Virus record (IMG/VR): IMGVR_UViG_3300023119_000004
DNA: 64,000 nt
Strand: one strand, 5' to 3'
DNA from: a virus
Lineage: Duplodnaviria; Caudoviricetes
In this document: in pieces, positions 45,950 to 56,763 of the stretch
Layout of the letters: each line of letters starts with the position of its first letter
Position numbering within the stretch: position 1 is the first letter of the stretch
Position numbers and translations under genes: made by a program
The notes under the pieces: model-generated
The model's database searches: none
The model's input: the letters and a program-made list of their open reading frames with translations, nothing else
What the model was told of the DNA's origin: nothing

Positions 45950-48900
45950 TTATAGCCCCGCTATCTCGCCTGTATTTTTAAGTCTTAGCGGAATGTAAAT
46001 GAACTCAACTGCTTTAACTGGTTCAATTGCAATATCCACATACAACTCGTTACGGTCGATTCTAGTTGGTGTGTTGTTTGATTCGTCACACACTACTAGG
46101 AAGTCATACAATGCTCTTTGACCTACAAGTTCTAATAGTAAGGAATCAACCTGCGCCTTGATCTCATCTCTAGTGATCTTATCATTAGGTTCAAAGATAT
46201 AAGGTTTAGCAAGTTTGTTAAGTTGTGAACGTAAGTACACAACAAGTCTTGCAACATTGATTCTATCTAATGCTGAAGCATTTTTTGCTCTTGTTTTCTG
46301 ACCAAAGTTAACAAGTCCTGCACCACTTAAGAATGTTACTGGGTTAATTGCATTTGAGTACAATGTATCCCTTTGACCTTCGTTAAGTGCAACGCTTTGG
46401 AACTCGCCTTCGCTAGTGATGTAACCTGCTGAACTTGCATTTGTAATTCCACCACGTCTTGTACCTGCTGGTGCAAACCATGGAAACGATACTTGATCGC
46501 TTAATGCAATAGTTCTTAAGATACCATGTGATGCTGGAACAACTACGTTGTTACCGCTGTTATCACTTGTGAATAAACTTGGGTAAAACATTCCGACATA
46601 TTCGTCAAATGTTACTGCGCCATCGTCGTTATCTTCAACTGCTAGTTTAACGTTAGTTGCCCACTCATTTAATGAAGTAGCATCTGGTGTTAATCTATAT
46701 GGTGTGTCACCAATAACAAAAGCACTTAGTCCTCTGTCATAGTTTAGTGTAACTAGTTCACCAATCAGTTCTGAATAGCCTGGACACGCAATCAAGTTAA
46801 ACAATCTTGAGTTATCATCTCTAATGTCTTGGTTGCCGTTAACCATTGCTTGAAGTGCTTGTACTACAACTTTACGTTGAGCCTTACGTCCAAATGAACC
46901 TGCACCGTTTGCTTGGTTACCTGACTCAGTTACCCATCTGTGTGGATAGTAACCTGCCATTGATTCTGGTAGTCCAGCGTTTTCAAATCTTTCGTTTTCA
47001 CCTGCAACGTCAATGTAATTTCTTACATATTTTCTAACGTTGAAACCTGAACGTCTTAGGTTCCATAGCAACATACCTTTTGGATATAGTGCTGGATCTG
47101 GAGCGTCTGGGTCTAGGTAATCACTTGTTAATAGATCTACAATAGTACCTTCTTTATCACTGTTTGCACCTGCTGTATTAATACGTGCATCTGCAAATAG
47201 GATACCGTCTTCAGTTGTTTGATCACCTGTATCAAGTTGTACCCATTTTAGTGTAGCACCGTTGTATTTGTAAATCTTAGGATAGTTTTCTAAGTCTGCT
47301 GTTGAAATCCAAATGTCGCCATTTTTAAGATCTGTTCCGTCTGACTGTTCAGTTGGTTCAGTAGCCGCTACAATTGGACCTTCTGGATCTGTTTTATCAG
47401 CACTTGCCGCCGCAAAGAACGGAGATGTTGCTGACTGATATCCAACCCAGTTATTACCATCATGAATCATAATGTCAACTTCGTCAACAATTGAACTATA
47501 CCATAATGTACCGTCCGCTGTTAATGCTGTTGGTGCTGTGTCGGAGTTAGTAACAGTTAATACTGCCCAGTTACTTGCAACAAAGTCAGCCGCGTTATTG
47601 CTTGATGCTTCAAGTAATCTCGGAGTTGGCGAAGAGCCTGTTGCTGTAAAGCCTGCTAGTGCTAACAATCCGTTTGTGTCAGTAAAGTGAATATCACCAC
47701 CGTCGTTGTGTTCAATAACAATTCTGTTTGATGAGTCAACACTTGCAACAACGTTTGCTAAGCCTGCTGTGTTAATAGCACCTGCTACTAAATCAGCATC
47801 GCCAACTGCGCCTGTTGTAGTTACGCTTACAGTAGTTGCAGAACTTAGTGCATTTGAGTTAGGTGCTGTTTCAGCAATATCAAATCCGTATGTTCCTGCT
47901 GTAAGTTGTGTTGAAATAATGTCACCTTTTACAGTTGTGTTACCAGTTGATGATCTTCTGTAAATTTTAAAGTTAGCAATTGGATCGCTGTCTTCATCGT
48001 TATTAAATTTAATAAACACATCGCCTGTTGGAATGTTTAGACCGCCTTTTGATTTATCTAAACCATAAAGTGCCGCTGTACCATCTGCATATAATGGAGC
48101 AGACTTGCTGTCCCATAATTGTGTAGTGTCATTCCATACTTTAACCTGCCAGTTAGCACCTGCGTTTGGAACAGTTGTCTTGACCCAAATAGAACCTGTT
48201 GGTCTTGGTGCTGTGTCAGTTGCTTTGTATTCTGGTACTTGTGTGTGTGGAGCAATTGATAGTTTAGGTGCTTTGTAAGTACCTGCACTCATGCCCACTT
48301 CTGTAAGTAGGGTTGAACTGTTTGTTGCTAGTACAATGTCAACGCCAGTTGTGTAAATCTCTAAGTATCCATCAACAACTGCCGCTGATACACCTGCAAT
48401 TCCTGCTGTTCCGATTGCTGTTACAACATCACTAAGTGCAGTACCGCCTGCTGTTACAGGAGTACCGTTAATGCTCATTGAAACACCGTTAGTGATAGTT
48501 GGATTTGCTTGTGTACCTGTTACGGCCGCCCAAGAACTAATCCATGCTGTAGAACCAACCTCTACCCAAGCACCTGACTTATTTTTGTAAAATAGTTTGT
48601 TCAGTGTAGTAGTAGATACTAGTGCGTAGTCGCCAATTCCACCAACAGAAGCCTTTGGTGCTCCGCTATCTACTTTAGTTGTGTCTGTGATTACTGTAGG
48701 AATCTTGTTAGTAAACGACTGACCACCAGTAGTAGTCGCTGACTTACCGTTCCATTCAAAAATACCATACACTGAATTGGTTGTGTCAAACCAATATGTT
48801 CCGTTTGCCGGATTTGCCGCTGGCGCACTTGAAGTTGCTTTCAATTGATTAGTGTCCAAGTTTGCTCTTGTTACGTATGCTCTGTTAGCAACGCCTAAGT

Positions 48901-49198
48901 ATGAATAAGCCGCTTGTAATCCGTACTCATTTAACTCACTACCGTGTAGTGGGTTGTTGTTTGAATCTGTATAAAATAGAGGATCGCCAAATAATTCTGT
49001 CAATTCTCTTTGTGATGTAATTAAATAAGGTTTTTCTGCATTAACAGCCTGTGTTGCTGTTGCAGTCCCTGTTCCTGATCCATTTGTTTTATCTTGTGCA
49101 GATACAACAAAAATCATTGGTACTGTACCTGGCTCAGCGGGAGTATAAAAACTCTCATCAATTACGCTGACCTGTACTCCTGGTGATACTAAAGCCAT
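45950..49198 (-). CDS. gp18: Tail sheath protein
   Basis: LVSPGVQVSVIDES, WFAPAGTRRG, INPV, RINVARL and KAVEFIYIP; 1082 aa with inserted domains. Confidence 0.93.
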   Translation of the reverse strand: MALVSPGVQVSVIDESFYTPAEPGTVPMIFVVSAQDKTNGSGTGTATATQAVNAEKPYLITSQRELTELFGDPLFYTDSNNNPLHGSELNEYGLQAAYSYLGVANRAYVTRANLDTNQLKATSSAPAANPANGTYWFDTTNSVYGIFEWNGKSATTTGGQSFTNKIPTVITDTTKVDSGAPKASVGGIGDYALVSTTTLNKLFYKNKSGAWVEVGSTAWISSWAAVTGTQANPTITNGVSMSINGTPVTAGGTALSDVVTAIGTAGIAGVSAAVVDGYLEIYTTGVDIVLATNSSTLLTEVGMSAGTYKAPKLSIAPHTQVPEYKATDTAPRPTGSIWVKTTVPNAGANWQVKVWNDTTQLWDSKSAPLYADGTAALYGLDKSKGGLNIPTGDVFIKFNNDEDSDPIANFKIYRRSSTGNTTVKGDIISTQLTAGTYGFDIAETAPNSNALSSATTVSVTTTGAVGDADLVAGAINTAGLANVVASVDSSNRIVIEHNDGGDIHFTDTNGLLALAGFTATGSSPTPRLLEASSNNAADFVASNWAVLTVTNSDTAPTALTADGTLWYSSIVDEVDIMIHDGNNWVGYQSATSPFFAAASADKTDPEGPIVAATEPTEQSDGTDLKNGDIWISTADLENYPKIYKYNGATLKWVQLDTGDQTTEDGILFADARINTAGANSDKEGTIVDLLTSDYLDPDAPDPALYPKGMLLWNLRRSGFNVRKYVRNYIDVAGENERFENAGLPESMAGYYPHRWVTESGNQANGAGSFGRKAQRKVVVQALQAMVNGNQDIRDDNSRLFNLIACPGYSELIGELVTLNYDRGLSAFVIGDTPYRLTPDATSLNEWATNVKLAVEDNDDGAVTFDEYVGMFYPSLFTSDNSGNNVVVPASHGILRTIALSDQVSFPWFAPAGTRRGGITNASSAGYITSEGEFQSVALNEGQRDTLYSNAINPVTFLSGAGLVNFGQKTRAKNASALDRINVARLVVYLRSQLNKLAKPYIFEPNDKITRDEIKAQVDSLLLELVGQRALYDFLVVCDESNNTPTRIDRNELYVDIAIEPVKAVEFIYIPLRLKNTGEIAGL

Positions 49199-49322
49199 TT
49201 TGTTTTCTCCTGTTGGTAGTATGTTCCTAAATACTATTCTTACTATTATTTATACGAATTGGAATAAATCATACCGTTATATACCTATAAAAAGGGATCA
49301 AAAAGGGCAGGTAAATAACTAT

Positions 49323-49661
49323 ATGAGACCTTTATGCAGTTGCGGACAACGACCTGTTGCTATAAATTACTATAAAAAGGGTAAACCTTTCTATAGAAGT
49401 AAGTGCGAAAGTTGCACTAGGTATGGGCGTCCTAAGAACGGTCAACCTAAGTGGCAACAGTCAGGATACGTTAAAAAGAACCAATGCGATAAGTGCGGAT
49501 TTAAAAGTAAGCACGAAGAACAATTCAATGTTTACTACATAGACGGTAACTTAAACAATGTTAGGTTTAGTAACTTAAAAACTATATGTGCTAACTGTAG
49601 TAAGATTATCTACAAAGAAGGGTTTAAATGGAAACAAGGTGATCTTGTACCCGATCTGTAA
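49323..49661 (+). CDS. Zn-finger/HNH-like protein, probably nuclease-dead
   Basis: CSCG, CESC, CDKCG, VYYIDGN...NLKTICANC; start moved to MRPLC. Confidence 0.7.
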   Translation: MRPLCSCGQRPVAINYYKKGKPFYRSKCESCTRYGRPKNGQPKWQQSGYVKKNQCDKCGFKSKHEEQFNVYYIDGNLNNVRFSNLKTICANCSKIIYKEGFKWKQGDLVPDL

Positions 49662-50217
49662 GTTCTTTAATAGTTCCGTTATTTTCAAATACTCTTGTAA
49701 ACTTAGTCTTTGCCCACGCCCACTCCGATGGGTGTACATCTTTAGGCTCTACGTCATATTCGACATACTCTGTAAACCAAGCAGGATCTTGCCCACGCTT
49801 TACACGCCATACTTGACCATTAACTTCGTGTAGCATTTTTGCTTCATTAGGAAAACGCACATCTGGAATAACAAAGTTTTTGTGTGGATTTTCGATGATC
49901 TTCTTCTTAGTTAAACTAACCCAAATTCCGTCAAAGAACCCATCACGCATACATTCTGTACCAAACTCTTGTAATACTAAACGAGGAGTAATAGTACGCC
50001 CTGTTTCTGCTGTCCAATATTGGTCTACTTGTTCTCGCCAAAAACGGCTTTGCTCAGTTTTACCATCTAGCAGTTCTCTATCCCACTCAAACATTTCTGC
50101 TACTGCATCTTTAAGTTTATCTGCAAATGAGATTTTTTCAAAATTATGTTCAGAAATAAGATGCCCAGCAATAGTATCTTTACCACTACCAATTAAGCCG
50201 CAAATACCAATTATCAT
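49624..50217 (-). CDS. gp1: Deoxynucleoside monophosphate kinase (T4 gp1-like)
   Basis: GLIGSGKDT, FADKLKD, PRLVLQEFGTE and IPDVRFPNE motifs. Confidence 0.88.
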   Translation of the reverse strand: MIIGICGLIGSGKDTIAGHLISEHNFEKISFADKLKDAVAEMFEWDRELLDGKTEQSRFWREQVDQYWTAETGRTITPRLVLQEFGTECMRDGFFDGIWVSLTKKKIIENPHKNFVIPDVRFPNEAKMLHEVNGQVWRVKRGQDPAWFTEYVEYDVEPKDVHPSEWAWAKTKFTRVFENNGTIKELTDRVQDHLVSI

Positions 50218-50255
50218 AGAAACTCCTAAGTTAAGTTATTATTATATAACCTAAG

Positions 50256-50444
50256 TTACTTGTTGTCAAGTATTTTCTGATATGCTTCTTCAAAACCTTC
50301 TTCTTTGGCATACGCCTCTTCGTTATGCCATAAGCGTTTGAAGTATCCGGGTGCTGATTGAAAGATTGTTTGTTCGCTTGAATTTAAGTGGCCTTTAACC
50401 ATCCAAAAAAGCCTGTAGGCTTCTTTGTGGCTAAACTCAGACAT
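50256..50444 (-). CDS. Hypothetical protein
   Basis: 62-aa ORF coupled to the gp13 stop. Confidence 0.6.
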   Translation of the reverse strand: MSEFSHKEAYRLFWMVKGHLNSSEQTIFQSAPGYFKRLWHNEEAYAKEEGFEEAYQKILDNK

Positions 50445-51202
50445 TAACCAATTGTGAATCCGTAGCCAACGCCGCCTGGCACAGCAGTAGAAATTTCCTG
50501 TTCAAGTTTTTCCATTTCTGCTTGTGCTTCTGCTTTGAGTGCTTCACCGTTTAGTGTTGAACCACCTTGTGGTCCTGCAATAGTAGCAAATTTTGAACGT
50601 GCTTCGCCTAACATCATTTTAGCAGTTGCTAGAGCATAGTCCTTAATCCATTGAATTGCTAGGTAGTCTTTTAGTAATTCGCTATCAGGGCGATAGTTGT
50701 AAACATAAAGTAATAGTTCTTCTTCTGCTCTTGGACGTTGTAATAACAGTAGTTCTTTTGTTGTAGTGTTCCATTTAAATTCAATAAATGATCCAAACAT
50801 ACGTCCTACTAGTTCTTGGTATCCTGCAAACATTTCGTATGTTGCAAGTCCGCCCATATTAGATGAACTTAATAGATAGGTATTTGTGTATGCCATATTA
50901 AATGGTTCGAACAATGTGCCGCCATCGCCACCACCTGTTCTTGAGCCAATTGAGCGTCTAAATAGTTTGCGTACTTCAACTACTTCCTCTGGCAAAATGT
51001 ATGAATTCTGATCAATAACTGTGGGCAAGAACAAATAAGATTCTTCCACAGAATTATCAGACTTTTGTCTAAATCTAGTCAATGCTTTTTTAAGGGCAGT
51101 TTCATAATGAACTGGATCTAGTTCGACATCCACCATGCCGCCACCTAGCATTGAGTTTATATAATCAAATATTTCTTGTTTTTGCTGTGTCAATGTTGCC
51201 AT
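50444..51202 (-). CDS. gp13: Neck protein (gp13-like)
   Basis: LGGGMVDVELD, WIKDYALA.AK.MLG.ARSKF and GG.TLNG motifs. Confidence 0.85.
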   Translation of the reverse strand: MATLTQQKQEIFDYINSMLGGGMVDVELDPVHYETALKKALTRFRQKSDNSVEESYLFLPTVIDQNSYILPEEVVEVRKLFRRSIGSRTGGGDGGTLFEPFNMAYTNTYLLSSSNMGGLATYEMFAGYQELVGRMFGSFIEFKWNTTTKELLLLQRPRAEEELLLYVYNYRPDSELLKDYLAIQWIKDYALATAKMMLGEARSKFATIAGPQGGSTLNGEALKAEAQAEMEKLEQEISTAVPGGVGYGFTIG

Positions 51203-51251
51203 ATTCTTTTGGTCTCCATATGTATTTATGCGAACGATAAATACAAGTACT

Positions 51252-52415
51252 ATGCCAAGAATCAGTTTATATAAACCCGAGAAGGGAAAAGATTACGAAT
51301 TTCTAGATAGAACCATTACAGAGATGTTTACTGTAGGGGGTACAGATATATTTGTACACAAATATCTAGGACCTAGTAATCCAGACGAAGAAGACGCTAC
51401 TCCAGCAACGCCTCGCTACGATGCTGTTAAAGAGACAAATATACAGGATATGTTATTCCTTGAAAATAGGGATAGAAAATACGATCCAGATGTATATGTA
51501 ATGCGTGGCATTTACAACGTACAAGATGTTGACTTTGATATGAGTCAATTTGGACTATTCTTACAAAATGATACGTTGTTTATGACTATTCCAATTAATT
51601 ATAGTGTAAAAACTCTTGGCAGAAAAATTATGTCTGGTGATGTAATTGAGTTACCGCACTTAAAAGACGAATATGCATTGAACGATTATAGTGTTGCACT
51701 TAAACGTTTTTATGTTGTTGAAGATGTTAATCGTGCTAGTGAAGGATTTTCACCTACATGGTATCCACATTTATACAGAATTAAATTAAAACAAATTGTT
51801 GATTCACAAGAATTTAAAGAAATACTTGACTTACCATCAGAAGAAGGAAGTTCACAAACACTACGTGATGTACTTTCTACTTACGAAAAAGAAATGCAAA
51901 TTAATGATGCTGTACTTGCACAAGCAGAAGCAGATGCACCTAAGTCAGGTTATAATACAAAACATTTATACACATTAGCAGTAGACGACAATGGTAAACC
52001 TGCATTAACTACTGCTGACGATACTACTATTGAAGCAAGTATTAATAGTGGTAATTTAGATGCAAGTAGAGTTTATGAAACACCTGAAAGAAACGGTTAC
52101 TCAGGTTACCTTATTGGCGACGGTATTGCACCTAATGGTGAAGCGTTTGGACATGGCCCTAGTTTCCCACTAGGTCAAACTAAAGGAGATTACTTCTTAA
52201 GGACAGACTTTATGCCAAATAGATTATTTAGATATGACGGCCAACGCTGGGTCAAGTTTGAAGATAATGTTAGAATGGATCTAACTAATACTAACACTAG
52301 AAGTACACAGAAAACAGGATTTATTAATAACACTAAAGAAGACTCTATTGGCGGAGATACTATTAAAGAAAGACAAAGTCTTTCTAAAGCACTTAAACCT
52401 AAGGCGGATAATTAA
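51252..52415 (+). CDS. gp14: Neck/head-closure protein (gp14-like)
   Basis: FDMSQFGLFL.ND and GDVIELPHL motifs; divergent from gp13. Confidence 0.75.
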   Translation: MPRISLYKPEKGKDYEFLDRTITEMFTVGGTDIFVHKYLGPSNPDEEDATPATPRYDAVKETNIQDMLFLENRDRKYDPDVYVMRGIYNVQDVDFDMSQFGLFLQNDTLFMTIPINYSVKTLGRKIMSGDVIELPHLKDEYALNDYSVALKRFYVVEDVNRASEGFSPTWYPHLYRIKLKQIVDSQEFKEILDLPSEEGSSQTLRDVLSTYEKEMQINDAVLAQAEADAPKSGYNTKHLYTLAVDDNGKPALTTADDTTIEASINSGNLDASRVYETPERNGYSGYLIGDGIAPNGEAFGHGPSFPLGQTKGDYFLRTDFMPNRLFRYDGQRWVKFEDNVRMDLTNTNTRSTQKTGFINNTKEDSIGGDTIKERQSLSKALKPKADN

Positions 52416-53836
52416 TGCAACATTTTTATGATGGTCAAATAAGAAGATACATTACTCAAATGATTAGACTCATGAGTAATTTTTCTTATGCTGATGGAAA
52501 TGGTAACCTTACACAGATTCCAGTTATGTATGGAGATATTACACGTCAGGTTGGACATATCATTAGAGATAACAGTGAAAACAAAATTCCAAGTGCGCCA
52601 CGCATGGGTGTATATGTAACTGGTTTAGAAATGGATCGTACACGTACTGCTGATGCAACTTATACAGGTAAAATACATTTACGTGAACGTACTTATGATG
52701 CAGATAATCAAGAATACTTAAACACACAAGGTAAAAATTATACTGTAGAACGTTTAATGCCTACACCTTATAATTTAAATATTAATGTTGATATATGGTC
52801 AACAAACACAGAACAAAAATTACAAATTATGGAACAGATATTAATGCTGTTCAATCCTAGTTTAGAAATTCAAACAACAGACAACTATGTAGACTGGACT
52901 TCGTTATCCGTAGTTAATTTAGAAAGTGTAAACTGGAGTTCAAGAAGTATTCCAATGGGCACTGAAAGCGAAATTGATGTTGCACAATTAAGTTTTCAAA
53001 CACCGATCTATATTAGTCCACCTGCTAAAGTTAAGAAACTTGGTGTTATTACTAGTATTGTAATGAGTGTATTTGACGAATCAAGAGGTACTATTAACTT
53101 AGGTGATTCACGTCCAGAACTTCAAGCGTATAACGATGCATACGACACTACTATGAAGTCTGATGGTAAAAATAATACAAGTAGAGTTGATGCAAGTACT
53201 GTAATTAATGAATACTATGCCTATGATGCTATTGTAATGAATAATATTGTACAACTAGGCAAAAACGGAGTTCAAGGTAATATTAGTTGGCGTGACGTAA
53301 TTGATCAAACACCTGGTGAATACGTAGCAAGTTTAAGCAGAATTGAACTTGATAGATTAGACTTTGGTTCACCTATTGTTGGTACATTTGCTATTAATAC
53401 ATTAGACGAAACACAAATTATTGTAAACTGGGATACTGATACTATTCCATCAAACACAGTACTTACTGGCCCTAATGGAGATTCAGGTACAGTTAATGCT
53501 ATTATCGATCCACAAAAAACAAATCCAACAAATATTAAAGTTCCTGGGGCTAGAATATTATTACTAAATGCTATCGGCGACAGTGGTAATGCAGACGGTC
53601 CTGATGCATGGAAGGCTACTGATGGTACAGACTTTATTGCTGATGAAAACGACATTATCGAATGGAGTGGTACTGAATGGCAAATTGTATTCGATGCTAG
53701 TGAAAACGATGCATCAAACGGCCTTACATATACAACCAATTTAAATACAGGTGTCCAATATAAATGGGACGGAACAGATTGGTCCTTATCCTTTGAAGGC
53801 GAATATCAAAAAGGCACTTGGCGCCTAGTATTCTAG
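52415..53836 (+). CDS. gp15: Tail terminator/sheath stabiliser (gp15-like) with C-terminal extension
   Basis: HFYDGQIRRY, IPVMYG, PTPYNL.I.VDIW and QIMEQIL..FNP motifs. Confidence 0.8.
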   Translation: MQHFYDGQIRRYITQMIRLMSNFSYADGNGNLTQIPVMYGDITRQVGHIIRDNSENKIPSAPRMGVYVTGLEMDRTRTADATYTGKIHLRERTYDADNQEYLNTQGKNYTVERLMPTPYNLNINVDIWSTNTEQKLQIMEQILMLFNPSLEIQTTDNYVDWTSLSVVNLESVNWSSRSIPMGTESEIDVAQLSFQTPIYISPPAKVKKLGVITSIVMSVFDESRGTINLGDSRPELQAYNDAYDTTMKSDGKNNTSRVDASTVINEYYAYDAIVMNNIVQLGKNGVQGNISWRDVIDQTPGEYVASLSRIELDRLDFGSPIVGTFAINTLDETQIIVNWDTDTIPSNTVLTGPNGDSGTVNAIIDPQKTNPTNIKVPGARILLLNAIGDSGNADGPDAWKATDGTDFIADENDIIEWSGTEWQIVFDASENDASNGLTYTTNLNTGVQYKWDGTDWSLSFEGEYQKGTWRLVF

Positions 53837-53849
53837 CATAACTACTTGT

Positions 53850-54290
53850 ATGAAAGAAAATATTATATGTAGTGGTGCTCTCTTCTATACATTAAACACC
53901 CAAAGATTTCTATTCTTACATAGAACACAATCCAAACAAAACAATGTTTGGGGTCTTGTTGGTGGACGAAATGAAAGTGAAGAAATTCCATATAAAGCAT
54001 TACTACGTGAAATAGAAGAAGAAATTGGTATGGTTCCAGATATTGTTAAGAGCATACCTTTAGAAACTTTTATTAGTAACGATGAAAAATTTAGTTTTCA
54101 TACTTATTTGTGTGTAGTCAAAGACGAGTTTTTACCAAAACTTAATCACGAACACAACGGGTATTCTTGGGTTAGTTTTAATAACTGGCCTAAACCTTTA
54201 CATCAGGGTCTCCGAAACACTTTACAAAACAAACAAAATCTGTTAAAATTACAAACAGTATTCCAATTAGTTTCATTAATAGAGAAGTAA
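53850..54290 (+). CDS. NUDIX hydrolase
   Basis: WGLVGG......ALLREIEEEIG Nudix box. Confidence 0.85.
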   Translation: MKENIICSGALFYTLNTQRFLFLHRTQSKQNNVWGLVGGRNESEEIPYKALLREIEEEIGMVPDIVKSIPLETFISNDEKFSFHTYLCVVKDEFLPKLNHEHNGYSWVSFNNWPKPLHQGLRNTLQNKQNLLKLQTVFQLVSLIEK

Positions 54291-54291
54291 G

Positions 54292-55542
54292 ATGGTTAAA
54301 GTTTATGGCGATATAATGTTAGATCGTTGGATCGAAGGTACAGTTGACAGAATTAGTCCTGAATCACCAGTTCCAGTTTTAAAAGAATCTAATCAAAAAT
54401 ATAGCATTGGTGGTGCTGGCAACCTAGCACTTAATATTGCATCAATTAATGGTGATGTAGATTTGTTTGGTGTAGTTGGCCAAGACAAAGAAGGCTACAA
54501 AGTTTTAGAATTATTAAAAGACTCTAAAGTATCTGCAAACATAACGAGCGATACAATTACAACAACAACTAAAACAAGACTTGTTGGCCAAACAGGACAA
54601 CATCTAATGCGTTGGGATAGAGAAGACCAATATGCTAAACTAGATGCCATTAATAAATTAGAAAACGCAACAGACGCAAATGATATTGTTTGTGTTAGTG
54701 ATTATAATAAAGGTACTGTTAGAGCAGATACTATTGATAAAATTTTAAAAATAACTAAAAAAGTTCTTGTAGATCCAAAACAAGAACCGGGGTATTATAC
54801 AGGGGCATTTCTTGTAAAACCAAATATGAAAGAATATGAACAATGGTTTGGAAAATTTAGAAAAGAAATTGCACTATTAAAAATAAAAGAATTTCACTGG
54901 GAATGGTTAGTTGTCACTGATGGTGCTAACGGCATTCATGTGTTACATACTTCAGGAAAATATAATCATTATAAAGAAGAAGTACACGAAGTTGCAGATG
55001 TTACAGGTGCTGGCGATACAGTAATGGCAGTTATTGCATACGGATTAGAAACAGGAATGGATATGTTTGATGCTTGTGAATTGGCTTGTTATGCCGCATC
55101 GCGAGTTGTAGAAAAACGTGGTGTTGCTGTAGTAACAGGTGCTGATCTAAATAGAGGTTTAGTATGGACTAACGGAGTGTTTGATATACTGCATACTGGC
55201 CATTTAAAACTGCTTAGACACGCACACACGCTTGGAAAACGTCTTGTGGTGGGCATTAATAGCGATGCCTCTGTTAAACGCTTAAAAGGCGAATTAAGAC
55301 CCATTAACGACGAGTTTACACGTAAGCAACAACTAGAACAATTAGGGTTTATTGACGAAGTAGTTGTGTTTGATGAAGACACACCATTAGAAACCATTTT
55401 GCAAATCAAACCAGATATTATTGTAAAGGGTGGCGATTACACAGTCGAAGAAGTAGTTGGTCACGAATATGCTAAAGTTGATATCTTTCCAATAGTAGAA
55501 GGATACAGCACATCAAAAACAATTGAGAAGATGTTATCATGA
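54292..55542 (+). CDS. hldE: Bifunctional heptose kinase/adenylyltransferase
   Basis: PfkB domain (GGAGNLA, VDPK, DVTGAGDT) plus nucleotidyltransferase (NGVFDILHTGH, KGGDY, EGYSTS). Confidence 0.9.
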   Translation: MVKVYGDIMLDRWIEGTVDRISPESPVPVLKESNQKYSIGGAGNLALNIASINGDVDLFGVVGQDKEGYKVLELLKDSKVSANITSDTITTTTKTRLVGQTGQHLMRWDREDQYAKLDAINKLENATDANDIVCVSDYNKGTVRADTIDKILKITKKVLVDPKQEPGYYTGAFLVKPNMKEYEQWFGKFRKEIALLKIKEFHWEWLVVTDGANGIHVLHTSGKYNHYKEEVHEVADVTGAGDTVMAVIAYGLETGMDMFDACELACYAASRVVEKRGVAVVTGADLNRGLVWTNGVFDILHTGHLKLLRHAHTLGKRLVVGINSDASVKRLKGELRPINDEFTRKQQLEQLGFIDEVVVFDEDTPLETILQIKPDIIVKGGDYTVEEVVGHEYAKVDIFPIVEGYSTSKTIEKMLS

Positions 55543-56372
55543 GAATATTAGTTACAGGACATGAAGGATTTATTGGAAAAAATCTTGCTTCGTATTTAAA
55601 CTACAAAGGACACGAAGTAGAAGGGTGGGAATGGCAACCAAACAAAGTTCCTGACCCAGCACCATACGATAGAATTATTCATATGGGTGCTATTTCAAGC
55701 ACAACTGAAACAGATATTGATAAAGTGTGGGAACAAAATTACGAGTTTAGTATGCGTTTGCTACAAGTATGTGATAAGTTTGGCACTACGCTAATGTATG
55801 CTTCATCAGCAAATCAATATGGCAATATCAACGGCAACGTACCTATCAAAGAAAATGATAAAAAACTTCCTACGTCACCGTATGGTTGGTCTAAGTATTT
55901 GTTTGATAGAAGCGTTTTAGAAATTCCCGAATACACTTGTAATGTACAAGGATTTAGATTCTTTAATGTTTATGGTCATGGGGAAGAACATAAAGGTGAT
56001 CAAATGAGTGTGTTTCACAAGTTTGAAAAACAAGCAAAAGAAACTGGTGTTATCAAAGTGTTTGAAGGAAGTGACAAAATTTATAGAGATTTTATTTGGG
56101 TAGGAGATGTATGCCAAATAATTGAAAAATTTATTGATGTTGATCAAACAGATGTTTGGAATATCGGAACAGGAAAGGCTAGAACTTTTTTAGAAATAGC
56201 AAATTTATATGCTAAAAAGTATGATGCTAAAGTAGAAGAAATTCCGATGCCGGATAAATTAAAACTACAATATCAATATTTCACAGAAGCAAACATTGAT
56301 AAGTTAAGTAATACTATCGGAGAGTATAAATTTATGTCGATAGAGGAGTATGTAAATGGCGGCCAGGCATAG
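55539..56372 (+). CDS. hldD: ADP-L-glycero-D-manno-heptose 6-epimerase
   Basis: TGHEGFIG, YASSA, YGWSK, FRFFNVYG and RDFIWVGD motifs; follows hldE. Confidence 0.85.
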   Translation: MRILVTGHEGFIGKNLASYLNYKGHEVEGWEWQPNKVPDPAPYDRIIHMGAISSTTETDIDKVWEQNYEFSMRLLQVCDKFGTTLMYASSANQYGNINGNVPIKENDKKLPTSPYGWSKYLFDRSVLEIPEYTCNVQGFRFFNVYGHGEEHKGDQMSVFHKFEKQAKETGVIKVFEGSDKIYRDFIWVGDVCQIIEKFIDVDQTDVWNIGTGKARTFLEIANLYAKKYDAKVEEIPMPDKLKLQYQYFTEANIDKLSNTIGEYKFMSIEEYVNGGQA

Positions 56373-56763
56373 TGGTAAAGTAGACAAAGGTTGGGGCTAC
56401 GAATTAATTTGGGCAACTAACGATTTATATTGCGGGAAAATTATGGTCTTTAATAAAAAAGGCAATAAATTTAGTATGCATTATCATAAAGAAAAAGATG
56501 AAACATGGTTCGTTAATCAAGGTAGTTTTAAATTACGTTGGATTGATACAACTACAGCAACCTTATATGAAAAGATTTTAAATCCGGGTGATACTTGGCA
56601 CAATCCGCCATTACAACCACATCAGTTAGAAGCACTAGAAGATAATAGTTCTATATCAGAAGTAAGTACTGCGGATTCTATCGAAGACAACTATCGTATT
56701 ATGCCTGGTGATAGCCAAGCAACACAACCGACAGAAGAAGTTACAAATGATCAAGGTGTATAA
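56356..56763 (+). CDS. Cupin-domain protein (sugar isomerase-like)
   Basis: KGWGYELIW, FSMHYHKEKDETW, HQLEA and EVST.D..EDNYR motifs. Confidence 0.8.
   Translation: MAARHSGKVDKGWGYELIWATNDLYCGKIMVFNKKGNKFSMHYHKEKDETWFVNQGSFKLRWIDTTTATLYEKILNPGDTWHNPPLQPHQLEALEDNSSISEVSTADSIEDNYRIMPGDSQATQPTEEVTNDQGV

Larger units (their letters stand above)
9789..51244. promoter_or_regulatory. T4 gp55-type late promoter motif (T)ATAAATA at multiple intergenic sites
   Basis: Exact TATAAATA on the - strand at 9789, 35408 and 49247. ATAAATA(C) at 39578, 45191, 45937 and 51222 (-) and 8392 and 51237 (+). All lie just upstream of genes, many of them structural; the pair at 51222/51237 is back to back. Confidence 0.75.
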
